From NCBI GenBank assembly GCA_964270895.1, contig OZ185440.1: a stretch of 64,000 nucleotides of DNA; one strand, 5' to 3'. Shown here piece by piece: positions 61,168-64,000 of the stretch (position 1 is the stretch's first letter; each line of letters opens with the position of its first letter). A model generated the notes under the pieces. That model did not search any database and was not told the origin of the DNA. It saw only the letters and a program-made list of their open reading frames with translations. The stretch is from Podarcis filfolensis. Its lineage: Eukaryota. A program made the position numbers and the translations under genes.

Positions 61168-63724
61168 CTGGAGGTGCAGAAAAAGAATGTTTTTAAGAAA
61201 GGATGTGGGTGAAAGAATCCACCTCAGTAAGACAAAAGTTGAAGAAGCCTTAGGAAAACTGACACTGCTCTCAACTGGCACTGGTTTTGCTCATGCCAAA
61301 ATGGCAAGTCTGCATTTTTTAAAAAAAAAAAATGTTCGTTTGCTCAACTTTTCTATAATGGTAGGTGATAAATGAAGGCCACAGGTTGTATCCTATGCTA
61401 GTTCTAACTCAGAGACGACCCACTGAATTTAATAAGCCCACGTCAGTCATGCGCACTAACTTCAGTGGGTCTAGTCTGGGTAGGAATAGCATTGGCTACC
61501 ACACAATTCTTCATGGTTGGTTGGCTTACCTTAGTTCCCAGTTGTACTCACATTCAGCCACCATATGCAAAAATTACATGACTCATGGCAGCATGGTCTT
61601 TAACAACATATTTTAAGTGTGTACACCCTGTGTGGTAATGTGTGTTTAATGTGCATTTAATGCTGAATGTAGGCATCTTTGGGGGACACTGTCATTTTGG
61701 ACTCATAGCTGTCCAGGGCAGCTGTCTACTAGCTCCATTTGGTACACCAGCTGAGATCCTATCTGCCCATGGACTGTCTTGCCACAGTGGTGCATGCTTT
61801 GGTTATCTCCCGCTTGGACTACTGCAACGCACTCTATGTGGGGCTACCTTTGAAGGTGACCCAGAAACTACAACTAATCCAGAATGTGGCACCTAGACTG
61901 GTGACTGGGAGTAGCCGCCAAGACCACGTAACACCAGTCATGAAAGGCCTACATTGGCTCCCAGTACGTTTCTGAGCACAATTCAAAGTGTTGGTGCTGA
62001 CCTTTAAAGCCCTAAATGGCCTTGTTCCAGTATACCTGAAAGAGCCCCACTCCTTCAGGTATCATTCAGCCTGGACACCGAGATCCAGCTCTGATGGCCT
62101 TCTGGCAGTTACATCCCTGCAAGCAGCGAAGTTACTGGGAACCAGGCAGATGGCGCTCTCCCGGTGGAACACCCTCCCTTCAGATGTCAAGGAAATAAAC
62201 AACTATCTGACTTTTTGAAGACATCAGAAGGCAGCCTTGTTTAGGAAAGTTTTTAATGTTTTAGTATGTTCTGATATGTGCTGTGAGCCACCCAGAGTGG
62301 CTGGGGAAACCCAGCCAGATGGGCGGGGTATAATGAATAAATACTACTACTACTAATAATAATAATAATAATAATTACACACAATATAATCCCCATGTTG
62401 TCCCTGTCCTACATTGTTTGACAATCCAATGCACATTCTGCTGGGATGGTTATAACCAGCTTTGTGCTGAGAATGCACTTCTCAAGCACATTCTACGTGT
62501 GTACATGTGTACACAGAGAGCTCTTTCTCAGGTCATCTGCTGGGGCTGGTCTACTGATACTGTAGGTGCATGCCATTCTCCTTCAGTGTGTTTATCTCAT
62601 CTCTAAAGAAGATCAGCAAAATAGGAAGCAGAATATATTTGTCTTTTCTAGTTGAGGGGAGGAGAATAGAGAAATACATTGCACAGTAGTTTGAAGACAG
62701 GCCCAACCGTGTGGACAGACAACACCGATAGCAGCTGCCCCTTGACACAATGCTAAGGTGCAAAGGTGTGTACAACCACAAACCGCTATGTACAAAAACA
62801 CTGAGAAACGACCCCCTGTGCATTTCAAAAGCTACATGTGTAAAACAACAGCAGCCAAAGTATTCACCTACTGAGCTCAACATGACCCAGCTGTGTTCCT
62901 GTGCCAGTGCTGAGGAACTCCATTCACAATCAATTTGACCAGGAAGCATCTATCTCTGGGATAAGCCATCTGGTACAAAATAAGACACTCCAGGAGGCTT
63001 CTGGAGCAATCCATCACTTCATGAAGGAAGGAGCCCCACTGTATCTGCAACATCACACGGGATGGGCAAGAACACAAACAAAACCTCCCTCTCTCTCATA
63101 GCCAATCAAGACCTTTCAGCAGAGCCAATTAATTGCTAGCACCCACTGCCTTGCTACCAGTCACATCTAGGAACATATGAAATGATGGATGAATGGGAAA
63201 TTGCCACCATATCCCTCTGAAGCAAAGCACGATTCAGAACCCTGGCCTTTATGAGCAAAAAAGGAAACAGACAAATGTTTCTTGCAAATTCCTGTTTGTG
63301 CCAACTTGGACAGTTGCTCTAGCCAGTTTGGAACTTTGTAGTCAATCAGTTTGTGGCTTCTTGCCAGAAGCTAATGAGCCAAGTCACAAGATGCAGGCAA
63401 AGACCTGCAAGCAAGCACGTTTTGGGAAGACAACACTAACCTCAAAACGGGAGACAAAATCCTGAAGGTTCTTGAACTGATCAAGGCACTTGGGTTCAAA
63501 CATGCGGTTTTGGTCGAGGACATCATACATGAGGAAGTCAACAAAGGTGATCTGGAAAGAGACTCAAAAGTGAGACACCAAAGGGAGCAAGCCTGCCTTC
63601 AGATGCCTCTAGGTGGACATGCACATACCTTGTCCCCAGCAAACCACTTTCTGTCCCCTAGGAACTTTGAGAACAGTTTCAGCTTTCCTGGCAGTTGCTC
63701 CAAGTACCCAGGTTTTAGTTTCTC
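61072..63724 (-). CDS. GSTM: Mu-class glutathione S-transferase, last three coding exons (5' part lies beyond the window)
   Basis: Exons 63724-63629 (96 nt), 63551-63441 (111 nt) and 61167-61072 are GT-AG and phase 0, with exon sizes typical of GSTM exons 6-8. The paralog number cannot be assigned from this fragment. Confidence 0.96.
61695..62376 (+). mobile_element. L2 LINE 3' fragment in last GSTM intron
   Basis: [18 protein letters not shown]...LHWLPVRF* with a stop and frameshifts. L2 3' UTR and (TAC)(AAT)n tail. Confidence 0.9.
63441..63551 (-). CDS. GSTM: GSTM exon 7 (ITFVDFLMYDVLDQNRMFEPKCLDQFKNLQDFVSRFE)
   Basis: ctctttccag| ... GAG|gttagt. ITFVDF.YD.LD motif. The preceding intron is only 77 nt. 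Confidence 0.97.
63629..63724 (-). CDS. GSTM: GSTM exon 6 (EKLKPGYLEQLPGKLKLFSKFLGDRKWFAGDK)
   Basis: ttgttttgcag| ... AAG|gtatgt on the minus strand. FLG..WFAG.K motif. Confidence 0.97.
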
Positions 63725-64000
63725 CTGCAAAACAAGCAAGGGAGAAGATTGGATCCATGTTCTCAGCTAAAGTTCAGCATAACTCCCCTCCAGCCAACAA
63801 CCTATGAATTTGATGCTGTCAGTGCAAGAATTATCAGAGAGCAAGGCAAGATGGAATCTTTGTCAGGAAAACAAAAAGTTATTAGGCATGACCTAGAAGG
63901 GCTGCCTTATGGAGATTTTTTTCACTTTCCTCAAGCCAAACAATCAATCGCCATAACACCAACAAGAGAAATTTAAACACGCTGTTCTGTGAGCAGATTC

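Overview
Vertebrate genomic DNA, most likely a squamate (lacertid-type lizard), inferred from Sauria SINE, Bov-B, L2 and Rex1/Babar repeats. Bases 1 to ~33 kb are non-coding and repeat-rich, with no protein-coding exon I could support. By human synteny this would be the EPS8L3-CSF1 intergenic interval, which is an inference because CSF1 itself is not visible. On the + strand is a complete EPS8L3 gene (PTB, EGFR-binding, SH3 and SAM-like effector regions). It has 18 coding exons from ATG 37106 to TAG 58853, all GT-AG and phase-consistent, totalling 1824 nt (607 aa plus stop), with probable non-coding first and last exons. On the - strand, tail-to-tail with it, are the last three coding exons of a mu-class glutathione S-transferase (61072-63724) that continues past the window end. 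I found no convincing wholly new biological system. The most interesting points are a TAG placed exactly at an EPS8L3 exon end, a Tyr-to-Cys change in the SH3 ligand pocket, and several transposon insertions very close to EPS8L3 splice sites, including a solo LTR ending about 15-17 nt before an acceptor. Also notable are the GSTM orientation and closely convergent 3' ends, and a nested hAT hairpin MITE. Family assignments come from my recall of the sequences, not from database searches.
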